64,000 nt of DNA, taken from the NCBI GenBank assembly GCA_963815195.1, contig CAWFGE010000008.1, positions 32,001 through 96,000 of the forward strand, given 5' to 3'. Source of the stretch: an uncultured Planctomycetaceae bacterium (GTDB taxonomy: Bacteria > Planctomycetota > Planctomycetia > Planctomycetales > Planctomycetaceae). The translations under genes were made by a program, and so were the position numbers. A model generated the notes under the pieces. It had not been told where the DNA came from. It searched no databases and saw only the letters and a program-made list of their open reading frames with translations. Positions 22,429 through 31,632 of this stretch are shown here, one piece after another. Each line of letters opens with the position of its first letter. The stretch's first letter is position 1.

Positions 22429-23699
22429 ATGGATCACGAGGTTCAGCCCGCCGACCATGAAATCGCCAGCTTACCGGGGGAAGCAAATCGTGATTGGGCC
22501 AACCGCACGGTCGTTGGGGCGGGGTTCACCAGCGCGTTTGGGGATTTTGCCTACGAAACGACGAGTGTGATCTTGCCAGGGTTTCTGGCAGTGCTTGGCA
22601 TCCCGGCAGCGTTTCTCGGTGTGATCGAAGGAATTGCCGATGCGGTGATGAGCTTCACAAAGCTCGCAGCCGGACACATCGCCAACCGGGTTGGCCATCG
22701 AAAGGCTTTGGTAGTCGCAGGATACGCCCTGACTCCGGTTGGTCAGGTTCTGATTGCGCTTTCGCATGGGTGGGCGCTCGTCCTCATCGGCCGGTCCGTC
22801 AGTTGGTTCGGAAAGGGGCTTCGCGGGCCGCTGCGGGACACGATCATGGCTGAAGCCATTACTCCCGCCACACGGGGGCGAGCATTCGGGTTTCACCGAA
22901 TGATGGATACGGTCGGGGCCGTCCTCGGCCCATCGTTGGGCGTCGTCCTGCTGGCCTATTTCCAGTCATGGCAACCGAGCGATGCGGCGTTTCCATTCCG
23001 GCTCGTCTTCTGGATGACCCTGATTCCCGGTCTGCTCTCTGCACTGGTATCCTCCTGGTGCGGGACGATCAGAGCCTGCCCAACCGCACGCTTTCATTCA
23101 TGTCGTCAATTCGCGGGCTGCCCAGCCGATTCCGAAGGTATCTCGTGGCCGCCGGCATCTTCGGATTCGGAGACTTCTCGCATGCCTTGCTAATCCTCGC
23201 TGCAACCCAGGTTCTGACTCCCGCGTATGGCGTTGTCCGTGCCGCTCAAATCGCCGGAGCACTGTACGTTCTTCGCAACGTGGTCCAGGCGTTTTCTTCG
23301 TATCCCATCGGAGCAGCCGCCGACCGGTATGGGCACCACTCCGTCCTATTGGCAGGCTACATGCTCGGTGTAGCGACAGCGATCAGTGCCGCCCTTCTGT
23401 TTGCCACGGGTAGCACGAGCCTGATGCAACTTTCAGTGGTGTTTGTCATCGCCGGCCTGTATGTCGCCGTGCAAGAAGCGATCGAACCCTCGCTCACGGC
23501 TGAGTTCGTGTCAGGCGAATCGCGAAGTGTCAGCTTCGGCCTACTGGGGGCCGTGAACGGATTCGGCAAACTGATCTCAAGCACCGGCGTCGGACTCCTC
23601 TGGACAGCGGTCTCTCCCATTGTCGCTTTCAGCACTGCCGCAGTGCTGATGTTGCTCGGGACCGCCGCCTTGGCGTTTGCAACAATCACAAACCGTTGA
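22429..23699 (+). CDS. MFS transporter (frameshift near 23050)
   Basis: GKGLRGPLRD..RGRAFGFHRMMDTVGA in the first frame; C-terminal half in ORF 22968-23699. Confidence 0.85.
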
Positions 23700-23747
23700 G
23701 CCGTAATCATCATTTTGAACTGGGCTTACCGCCATCCGGCCGTCCCT

Positions 23748-23810
23748 GCAAACCGGCTTCCCAGCCCAGGATGCCGGCCAGAAAAGTTCCATTGCCGTTT
23801 TGTCGTCCCG
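23748..23810 (+). repeat. Direct repeat copy A flanking the AbiE module
   Basis: GCAAACCGGCTTCCCAGCCC (20 nt identical) plus ~43 nt similar to 25762-25825. Confidence 0.85.
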
Positions 23811-23898
23811 GTTACGTTGCAGTCGCATTGCATTCATGTTGCGGTGGTGTTGATCTCTCGATGGATCGATTACCGGAAACGAACTGTCGCAAGGATGG

Positions 23899-24942
23899 TT
23901 ATCCGATGGCTTCGTTGATTTCGGCCTCGATCCGGCGCAGCACTTCAATCAACCGCTCGAATTCCGGTGGTTCGCCGAAGATCATTTCCTGCATCTTGCG
24001 GTAATCCTGCTCCAGTTCCGGCAGGCGAGCATCGGGTGGCACGAGCCGCAGCGTTCCCGGCTTGGCATCCGCGTACCGTGCCCATGCCGCCGGGAAGAAC
24101 ACTTCCTTGTGCCGGGCGACCTTCAGCAGCAGTTCGATATCCTTGATCGCGGCCTTACCCAGGTCGTGCTCATACAGGCGAACCACGTCGTAGTAGTGCC
24201 GCGACTGCCGATCCCGGAACTACTTGTTCACAGGGGCATGATGCCACATATGAAGCGCCGTGGCCTTCTCCCAAAAGGTTCGTTCGGCAGCCAGCACGCG
24301 GACTTTGCACCCGGCCTCCTTGAAGACTTTGGGAAAATCCACCGCCGCGTAGGACGTGACCATTGCTTCAATCGCGGGCCAGTGGTCTGAACGTGCTCCA
24401 ATCTCCATCCGCACGGTTGACCGGATGTAGGCCGGTTCGTTGGCGGCGCGGTCGCGTTCTTCGGTCGGGTAGCTGAACAGCAGGGTTTGACTGTCCGGGT
24501 CGTCGTTGGCCAATTCCAGCCCCCAAGACGCCGAAGGTGGTTCACCCAAGGCATTGCCGAAGGACTCGGTGAGTTGCGGCAACAACTTCTCCTGGATCAC
24601 CCGCTGGCATGTTTCCGTCAGCGCTTCCAAGCCATGCTTCCGTTTCTTGCCCGAGGTGGCGTTGAGCGGATCGCTGTCGCCGCCGAAGCCCAACCCGACC
24701 CCGTCGAAGGAAAGATCCACATCCTCCGAGAAACGCTCGATGATGCCGAACACTTTCGACAGCGATGTGCCGCCCTTAAACAGCAACCCGGCGGGCGGAT
24801 CAGGCAGCGTGAACAGACGCTTGAGCGCCCAGCAGACCCAGAAATCCTTTTCGATGATCGCTGGTGTCAGCCCTCGCTGTCGAGCGACTTCAGCAAACAG
24901 GTCAGCCCGGTCGGTGAGAGGGAGCCGTGCAATGTCATCCAT
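23899..24942 (-). pseudogene. AbiEii/AbiGii nucleotidyltransferase toxin with in-frame TAG at 24220-24222
   Basis: IEKDFWV, FKGGTSLSK, RFSEDVDL, ERTFWEK, then K*FRDRQSRHYYD continuing in the same frame. Confidence 0.88.
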
Positions 24943-25564
24943 GTCCGGCTGCCTCCATTTCCTCCTGGGCGATTTGGCGGACGGCAGACGCGATCCAGTC
25001 CGTCGTATAGCGGGCATCCTGGAGCAGACTCCGCCGCTGATCCGGCGACAGGGCACGACGAATCTGGCCGATTACCTTGTCGTTCACGGCAGCCTGCCCA
25101 AGATGCCGCAGGGCCTGGAAGACCATTGCGCTGGTCCGGCTCCCCACCGGCAGTTCTTTTGGGGCCGCATGGCGAATCTGAATCGTCGTGTTGCCGATTT
25201 TGACCTGACGGGTCCGCCCATCACTCAGGTAGACGGGCTTGGCAGGGACCTGCGTGGACAACCCCAGCCGGTTGGCGGCGACTGCACCCGAAGGGACAAC
25301 CCGGCTGCCTGTTTGCCGAGCAAGTGCGTCGGCGATCTCATCCAGATCGGGGCCGAGTGGGATACCCAGCCGCTGGTTCATCTGCGGATAATGGTAGAGG
25401 CCGCGCCCAAGCCGCAGAATGTCGCCGTTCCTGACCAGCCGGGAAAGCGACTGATCGGTAGCATCGCGGCTGCCCAGATCGAGGAAATCCTTCGGAATGA
25501 AGACCTTTCCCCGCCCCTGCTGGCGAATCCGGTCCAGAATTGTGTCTTGTACGGTCGTGGTCAT
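24935..25564 (-). CDS. AbiEi-type antitoxin (DUF6088-like)
   Basis: DFLDLGSRDATDQSLSRL..RLGRGLY, AANRLGLSTQVP; overlaps toxin start. Confidence 0.88.
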   Translation of the reverse strand: MTTTVQDTILDRIRQQGRGKVFIPKDFLDLGSRDATDQSLSRLVRNGDILRLGRGLYHYPQMNQRLGIPLGPDLDEIADALARQTGSRVVPSGAVAANRLGLSTQVPAKPVYLSDGRTRQVKIGNTTIQIRHAAPKELPVGSRTSAMVFQALRHLGQAAVNDKVIGQIRRALSPDQRRSLLQDARYTTDWIASAVRQIAQEEMEAAGHG

Positions 25565-25761
25565 GGGCTTGGCTCCTGTCAGAAAAGTGTACTCGAATTT
25601 CTGACAGAAGACAAGAGACTTCAGGGGGTGATTTCCGAATAGACTGCGGGCGATCGGCCCCAAGCCGTGTGCCTGTTCGGAAAATGCCGGAAAAACAATG
25701 GCCTACGCCGCGACCCGCAACCCTCACTCTGGCTTCGGCTTACTGCCCTTAAATTGCCGCC

Positions 25762-25825
25762 GCAAACCGGCTTCCCAGCCCCGGACGCCGACGAAAAAAA
25801 GTTCAATAGCCGTCTTGTCGCCCCG
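25762..25825 (+). repeat. Direct repeat copy B flanking the AbiE module
   Basis: Matches 23748-23810. Confidence 0.85.
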
Positions 25826-25943
25826 ACTATCCGTAAGACGGGCCAAACCAACGACTTGTGTACCTGCCGGCGGTCGGCAGCGTGGCCTGAAAACCGAAGA
25901 GAAATCCGGTACATACCGGATTTGGTTTCCAGGAGCTGCGCCA

Positions 25944-26295
25944 ATGCCAAAACCCGCCCGTCGCGTGCCCACGTACCGCAAGCACAAGCCCAGCGGTCAA
26001 GCCGTCGTCACCCTTTGCGGGACCGACTTCTATCTCGGCCCTCACAATTCCCAGACCTCCATCAACGAATATGACCGCCTCATCGCCGAATGGCTCTCCA
26101 ATGGCCGCGGAATGGCGAGCGGAGAACTGCTGGAATCCCAACCAACTCCGGCACAACGCCGCGACGAAGGCCCGCAAGGAATCGGGCTTGGAGACGGCCC
26201 AAATCATTTGCGGGCATTCCCAAGCCGACGTGACGCAGATCTACGCCGAAGTCGATCGGCAGAAGGCCATCCGTTATATGGCCCTGCACGGTTAA
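25944..26295 (+). pseudogene. Tyrosine integrase, internally deleted
   Basis: N-terminus VPTYRKHKPSGQAVVTL..FYLG..YDRLIAEW joined out of frame to C-terminal WNPNQLRHNAAT...GH...TQIYAE; only 352 bp in total. Confidence 0.88.
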
Positions 26296-26416
26296 TCCCC
26301 GTATCATTTTAACCGCCGGGTAGTGGTTGATCCCCACGTGGTCGGTGGCGTTCGATGGCTTTCCTTTCTTGGCCCGAACGCCCCGGCCGCCCGGCCCAAA
26401 AAGAAAGGAACAAGCG

Positions 26417-28016
26417 ATGAATTCTCGCACCATTAAATGCAACTCGCGGACTGTACCGATTAGATTGCCTTATAAAAATGGTGATGAGCTCCTAAATGTT
26501 TGGGCGATCGAAGCGGATTTTGGAATCAAACCCGGAACATTCGATACTCGGCAGGCGAATGGCTGGCCCCATCTTGGTAGTCGCCGCGCAATGGCTCACC
26601 AGCGGGAAATTTCACCTGCGAACGGACGATCGGGACCGCAGAATTTCCATTCGCGTCGAGAAATTGAATGTCTCACCAATGACTCGGGAGCGGCACGACA
26701 GACAATCCATTCCGACGCGCCCTTGGTTGTTCCGATCGGATGTAAGAATCCCCGCGAGGCGGCAAGAGCCAGAATCATTACTCTTCCAAATGGGAACGAC
26801 GGTTTGAATGCCGCTGCCATCTGCGCAGTACGGCATCTCCTATCACGTTTTCCGTTATCACCAGCGTAAAGCCGGTTGGCCGGCGAATGACGGTTTGCCG
26901 ATCGATGGGTACGAATATGAGGTTTCAACACTCACGGGAAAGCCTACTCAGGAATTCTTTGACCGTGCCGACATAGAACGCTTCGTTGTTCCTTATATAA
27001 AAGCACGACAGTTGCCAAAAAATGGGACCAAAAGACAAAGTCCCAGGATTCATACAGAAGCTGATGGAACCAGAACTTTCAATTACACAGCGGCCCTCGA
27101 CGCGTTCAATCGAAACCACACGCTGTTTAACAAATTGATCGAGGCGGGAAAACTAACGCCGATGGAGCGAAAATCCCCGCTGACAGGGCTTCCCGAAATC
27201 GCCTTCCCGGAAAGCCAGATTAAAACGTGCCAAGAGGAAGTCGGCTACAACAAACGGTCCAGACGGCAAGTTGATCGAACGTGGTACATCGACTTCAAGC
27301 GAGCCGTGAACGAGCTACCGGGCATCACCGCGAATATGCTTAGAACGCTCGGCGAGCGTAACCGGTTCCTTAATGAAGCCGGCATTCCGCATCTCACCAT
27401 TTCCGGAAAAACTTGGTGGTGTGAAGATGCCATAAAGCGCACTCGCGATGCAATTATCTCCATACAAAATGAGGCCCCACCCGAAAAATGGAAAGTCGCT
27501 CGCGAATTGGCGAAGTGTGAGATTGACGAATCGCATCGGCAGACTCTTCCGAATGCCATTCGGAACGGCGGTTCGCAGTTGGATGCGATTCGCCATTTAC
27601 TGACGAATGCGCAACATGAGGGGACCCTTATTGAGGGAAGGGATTTTTGGATTCCGAAATTGCCCGTGGTGATGCCCAACGGGCAACGCCAATATCCCAT
27701 TTACTATGATCCCGAAACCGTCATCCCTTGGCTTCGGAGCGAGCCGCTGGCGGACACGGAAACGCCGGCGACGCAGAATAAACCGGCGGACGAATTTGTC
27801 CCGTCAGACACGCAGCGGGAAATCCTGGAATCGCTCGATGGCGTGGCAAAGACCGCTGATGAATTGATGGACGCTCTTGATGTTTCGCGGCACAAACTTT
27901 TCGGGCGGCGAGACGGCAAAGGCGGACTGAAAGAACTGATGTCCTGGGGCATGATCGAAAATGTTTCCGGGATTCGCGGGTATTATCGCCCCGACCGACC
28001 ACCCAGCGCGCACTAA
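26417..28016 (+). CDS. Putative DNA-binding/regulatory protein with repeated HTH-like units and C-terminal winged helix (probably one frameshifted gene; main ORF 26808-28016)
   Basis: Similar motif GI....F...Q..GWP in both ORF pieces; C-terminal TQREILESL..KTADEL..L..SR..L...GLKEL...GYYRP. Confidence 0.5.
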
Positions 28017-28062
28017 ATCGCGAATCGCGCGCACTAAAAAAGCGCACCAAAGTGGCACTGAA
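28008..28062 (+). promoter_or_regulatory. Cluster of GCACTAAA-like direct repeats upstream of DUF1580 gene
   Basis: GCGCACTAAA (28008, 28029), GCGCACCAAA (28042), GGCACTGAA (28054). Confidence 0.55.
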
Positions 28063-28134
28063 TTCTCAGCTTTCCGCCCCCACAATCCTTGCAGTTCATG
28101 GCACTTTTGCCCCTGAAGCTGTGAGGATTTTTTT

Positions 28135-28419
28135 ATGACGATTGATCTGGAACGAGACCGACTGACGTTGACCGAAGCCGCTCAACTGCTGGCCAAGGAC
28201 CTCTCCACGATCTGGCGATGGTGCCTGCGTGGGGTCCGCGGCCGCAAGCTGGCGAGCTTCGTCATTGGCGGCCGCCGGTACGTGTACCGCGATGATCTGG
28301 ACGATTTTCTCGCCGCGCAAAATGCCGACGATCCGCGGCCGGCCCAGCCGACGCAAAAATCGAAACGCCGCAACGCAGCGGCCGCGAAGAAACTTGATGC
28401 GCTCGGGATTGGCACGTAA
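28135..28419 (+). CDS. DUF1580-like HTH protein (excisionase/AlpA-like)
   Basis: LTLTEAAQLL..STIWRWCLRGVRGRKL...IGGRRY....LDDF. Confidence 0.8.
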   Translation: MTIDLERDRLTLTEAAQLLAKDLSTIWRWCLRGVRGRKLASFVIGGRRYVYRDDLDDFLAAQNADDPRPAQPTQKSKRRNAAAAKKLDALGIGT

Positions 28420-28563
28420 AAAAGGCCCGCCGGCGTTGTGCCCACCGACGGGCCGGAGCTGCGCCCACCTGCCACGGTGGGGAACACTGCCATCCTATGC
28501 CCCGTCGCGCCCCCAAACAATCCCAACGCCGCCGCGGGTCTCCATTGGAATGGAGGCTTTATT

Positions 28564-29530
28564 GTGAACGAACCCCAAGCGGAGCCAAGAGGTTATCCGC
28601 AACGCGATTCCCATTTCGCTCACCGGTTTACGCGGCTGTTGACCAAGACGGCCGCGGCCCAAGAAATCGGGCCGGAAGGCACATGGATGTTGACAGTCAT
28701 CGTGCATCAGGAAGACGCCAAGCGATACAAAGGCGCTGTCACATTCTACAACACCCAACTGATGCCTCTGTGCGGCATCGGGAGCGATCGGCGGCTTTTT
28801 CAGGTGCGCGACCGGTTAGTCGAAGCCGGTTGGCTTCACTACGAAGCCGGGGCGAAACGCCGGCCGGGGAAATACTGGGTATTGGTTCCTGACGATTTGA
28901 GCGATGCGTCGGATGCGCCGGTCGATGAACGGCACGAATTTTTCTCCTGCGAATCGCAGGAGAAAGCGAAGAGAAACCGTAGGGAAAGCGAAGAGAAAGC
29001 GAAGACTAACCGAAGAGAAGGTGCGCGCCCTTCTACCCTAGATCCTAACCCTGCCCCTAATCCCGAAGAGAGGGGTTCCCCCGCCCTCGATGGCGCTCAT
29101 TCCGGAATTGATGAAAAAGTTCAATTCGGTTTCGGGAGTCACAAAATGCACCGCTTTCTCGGGGAAGCGCCGCACGGCTCTGAGTGCGAGGCTACGGGAT
29201 GCGATTTTTCGCGACCGATGGCCCGAGGCAATCGAGCGAATGGCCGAGTCCCACTTCTGCCGCGGGGAGAATGATCGGGGCTGGAAAGCCGATATGGATT
29301 GGTTTTTGAAACCGGATTCCGTGCTGAAGCTGCTTGAAGGCAAATACGCCCCATCACCAATCGCAACGAACAGAATCGACGAAAAATTCAGGGATGGCCC
29401 GGCGGGGAGTACCGCCGGCAATGCGGAAAGTGTGCCCTTTTCGAGTTTTAGGAGAAAGACAAGTGATAGCCACCAACGAAACTCCAGCGACTGGAGAGCG
29501 CGCGAACTTGAGCAGGCCTGCGAGGGCTAA
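28564..29530 (+). CDS. Phage-type replication initiator (frameshift near 29080)
   Basis: GTG with GGAGG RBS; N-terminal wHTH; internal iterons; C-terminal FCRGENDRGWKADMDWFLKPDSVLKLLEGKY typical of phage replisome organisers. Confidence 0.78.
28960..29020 (+). repeat. 11-bp tandem iterons inside rep gene (putative origin)
   Basis: GAGAAAGCGAA/GAGAAACCGTA/GGGAAAGCGAA/GAGAAAGCGAA/GACTAACCGAA/GAGAAG. Confidence 0.75.
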
Positions 29531-30107
29531 ATCTCTATTGGCTCAAATCGTCAAAGCCCTCGAACCGCTGCAGCTCAATTGCCAGCCGCCGAAGGATTCC
29601 GCCGCACTTCGGAGTTATGCCGAAGTGCTGCTTTTCGACGATCCGGAATTGTCACCCGATTTGATTCGCAAGGCCGCGATGCGCTATCTGCGGCAATCGG
29701 AAGAGAACTGGTTTCCCCCGGCCGGTTTGTTATTGAAGATTGCAAAAGAACTTGCAGACGGGGAACTTCCCGAATGGCAACAGACTTGGCATCGGGTCAT
29801 GGACGCCTGCCGAATGTGGGACCAATACGATACAAAAAAGGCGATCGCCGCCCGCCAGCATATCGGCGAAACCCTGTATGAATTTGTGCGAATGCTTGGG
29901 GGGTTCATCGCTCTGACCTCAGTAGATTCCGATACGCTTTCGGTGTTGCAATCGAATTTCCGGAACGCATTTACCGCGGAGCGAAAGCGTGCGGAACGCA
30001 ATCGAGCGCTCCCGGATTCGTTGCGGCCCGTCCCGGCCAAATTGGAAACTCCGCAATCCTCGATTCAAAATATCGAAGTTTTGGAACGGGGAGATTCCGA
30101 TGCCTAA
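29463..30107 (+). CDS. Helicase loader/inhibitor-like protein (G39P-like)
   Basis: Directly after rep; AAMRYLRQSEENWFPPAG..L..IA, W..V..A, V..LGGF..L, FRNAF pattern. Confidence 0.6.
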   Translation: MIATNETPATGERANLSRPARAKSLLAQIVKALEPLQLNCQPPKDSAALRSYAEVLLFDDPELSPDLIRKAAMRYLRQSEENWFPPAGLLLKIAKELADGELPEWQQTWHRVMDACRMWDQYDTKKAIAARQHIGETLYEFVRMLGGFIALTSVDSDTLSVLQSNFRNAFTAERKRAERNRALPDSLRPVPAKLETPQSSIQNIEVLERGDSDA

Positions 30108-30465
30108 ACAACTCGAACTATTCGCGGAACCCGCTGCAAAGAAACCGGTAGGCCAATCCCTGCCGCACAACGGAACCGACACAAGCCGGGATGCGGCCGA
30201 ATCCATCGCGCCCGTTGTCAACGAATTGGCACGCGGCGTTTATGATTTCATCAAAAGCCGCGGGCCGTTCGGGGCCACCGATGAAGAACAGCAAATGAAC
30301 TTGGGGATTCCCGGAAACACGCAGCGCCCGCGCCGCAATCGGTTGGAAGCCGCCGGGCTGATTCGTCGGTCGGGCGACAAACGGGCAACGGCATCGGGCC
30401 GGATGGCCCACGTTTGGGTTGCGAGCGATTTAATAAGCGCATCTTCCGCCAAGGATTCGTTTTAG
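30100..30465 (+). CDS. Phage winged-helix DNA-binding protein
   Basis: TSRDAAES, GATDEE, RPRRNRL...GLI..SG..R.T.SGR.A.VW. Confidence 0.72.
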   Translation: MPKQLELFAEPAAKKPVGQSLPHNGTDTSRDAAESIAPVVNELARGVYDFIKSRGPFGATDEEQQMNLGIPGNTQRPRRNRLEAAGLIRRSGDKRATASGRMAHVWVASDLISASSAKDSF

Positions 30466-30609
30466 GGCGAATTTGGAAAAAAACCGATCGAAACAAACTC
30501 TGTATTCTATTTGAGGTACTTCTCGCCCAGTCTCGATCCTTGGCGTGGCGGGGAAGAACCTATGAGGATCCCGACCTTTCCCGCATCATGGAAGCATGGC
30601 CCACGGAAT

Positions 30610-30816
30610 ATGAATCTGGAATATCTCATCGACATGGCCGGCCAGATGTGGCGCGGCCCGATCAATCCCGGGGGCAATTTGCATTGGGAACGCTTCGAAG
30701 GCCGGAACCCGGACGGCTCGGAGATCTGGCGTCTCTGCCGGGAACGGCCGCCGCTGAGCGGCAGCCGCATTCCCGCGACTGATGCCCGGCGGTTGATTGC
30801 CGGGACCGCGAAATAA
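30610..30816 (+). CDS. Hypothetical protein
   Basis: Short ORF co-oriented in the phage-like operon. Confidence 0.4.
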   Translation: MNLEYLIDMAGQMWRGPINPGGNLHWERFEGRNPDGSEIWRLCRERPPLSGSRIPATDARRLIAGTAK

Positions 30817-30905
30817 TAGTAGTGATTCACCCGTCGGCGGGGTTGTACAATCTGCAAACGAAAGCCGCGGGCCATGAAAGGCCAACATCAAACGAGGATG
30901 CACGG

Positions 30906-31139
30906 ATGCACGACAATCAATTTGAGCAATTCGGCCATCTGCTCACCGAAGCAATGTCGATCGCGAAGCTCGCCGGATACTTCAAGGTGAATCGGGCGAC
31001 GATGGCTTCCGTCCTTCAACACATGGAGGGCGTCGAGCGCTTCGGCTCGAAGTTTCAAATCCCCGTCCGCCGAATGCCCCTGCGATATTTCATCGATGCC
31101 CATCTGCTAAAACCGAACGAAATTGACCGTTTCGGTTGA
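30906..31139 (+). CDS. Small HTH-like protein
   Basis: MSIAKLAGYFKVNRATM helix-turn-helix pattern. Confidence 0.55.
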   Translation: MHDNQFEQFGHLLTEAMSIAKLAGYFKVNRATMASVLQHMEGVERFGSKFQIPVRRMPLRYFIDAHLLKPNEIDRFG

Positions 31140-31192
31140 GGATTGCAAAACCAGGCTTCGCGATTCGCTTCCCCATCTATAGGGTTTCAATC

Positions 31193-31399
31193 ATGTCGAG
31201 TCTCATCGATCAACAATTCGCCGCAGACCTTCTCGCGATTTCCGTTCGTCGTCTCGCGAAGATGGTCCGCGACGGCGAGCTCCCCTTCATTGAACTGCCG
31301 GGGGGCGAGATCAGATTCAGCCGAGAGGATTTGCAAGATTGGATCGGAACCCGAAAGCGTGGAATTGAGGATGGAAACAACCTACTCGCAAGGGTTTAG
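31193..31399 (+). CDS. HTH_17 excisionase-like DNA-binding protein
   Basis: AADLLAISVRRLAKMVRDGELP...GGEIRFSREDLQDWI. Confidence 0.8.
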   Translation: MSSLIDQQFAADLLAISVRRLAKMVRDGELPFIELPGGEIRFSREDLQDWIGTRKRGIEDGNNLLARV

Positions 31400-31429
31400 G
31401 ATGAACGGGCCGGTCGGCCCGGTCGGGGA

Positions 31430-31490
31430 CGCCCGCGGGTCCTTCCCAGGCCCCCGCCGGGGCGCGCGGGTCCACACCGGCGCGTTTTTT
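31430..31490 (+). other. Putative cos packaging site (lambda cosQ-like GGGTCCT)
   Basis: Intergenic CGCGGGTCCTTCC (GGGTCCT at 31437-31443), downstream CGCGGGT, located just before the capsid gene. Confidence 0.5.
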
Positions 31491-31544
31491 GTCAATAACA
31501 GAGCGTTTTTCCGGGGTTCTTCTTCTTAACATACGGATTTACAG

Positions 31545-31592
31545 TGGGGGGCTTCGGGGGTTCGTCCCACATCAGCCTTCCGAAGCCCCCCA
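31545..31592. repeat. Perfect 13-bp inverted repeat upstream of capsid gene
   Basis: TGGGGGGCTTCGG ... CCGAAGCCCCCCA. Confidence 0.8.
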
Positions 31593-31632
31593 ATTTTGAT
31601 TCGGCGGATTCCGCCTGAAAGGATTCTGGAAC

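Noticed and set aside
25870..25900. GGCCTGAAAACC as a tRNA-Phe anticodon arm or tRNA att site
   Set aside because: No D arm, T arm (GTTCGA) or acceptor stem around it; no tRNA gene recognised anywhere in the window.
28960..29020. 11-bp repeats as CRISPR or a protein-coding repeat
   Set aside because: Too short, no spacers, and the period is not a multiple of three; better explained as iterons.
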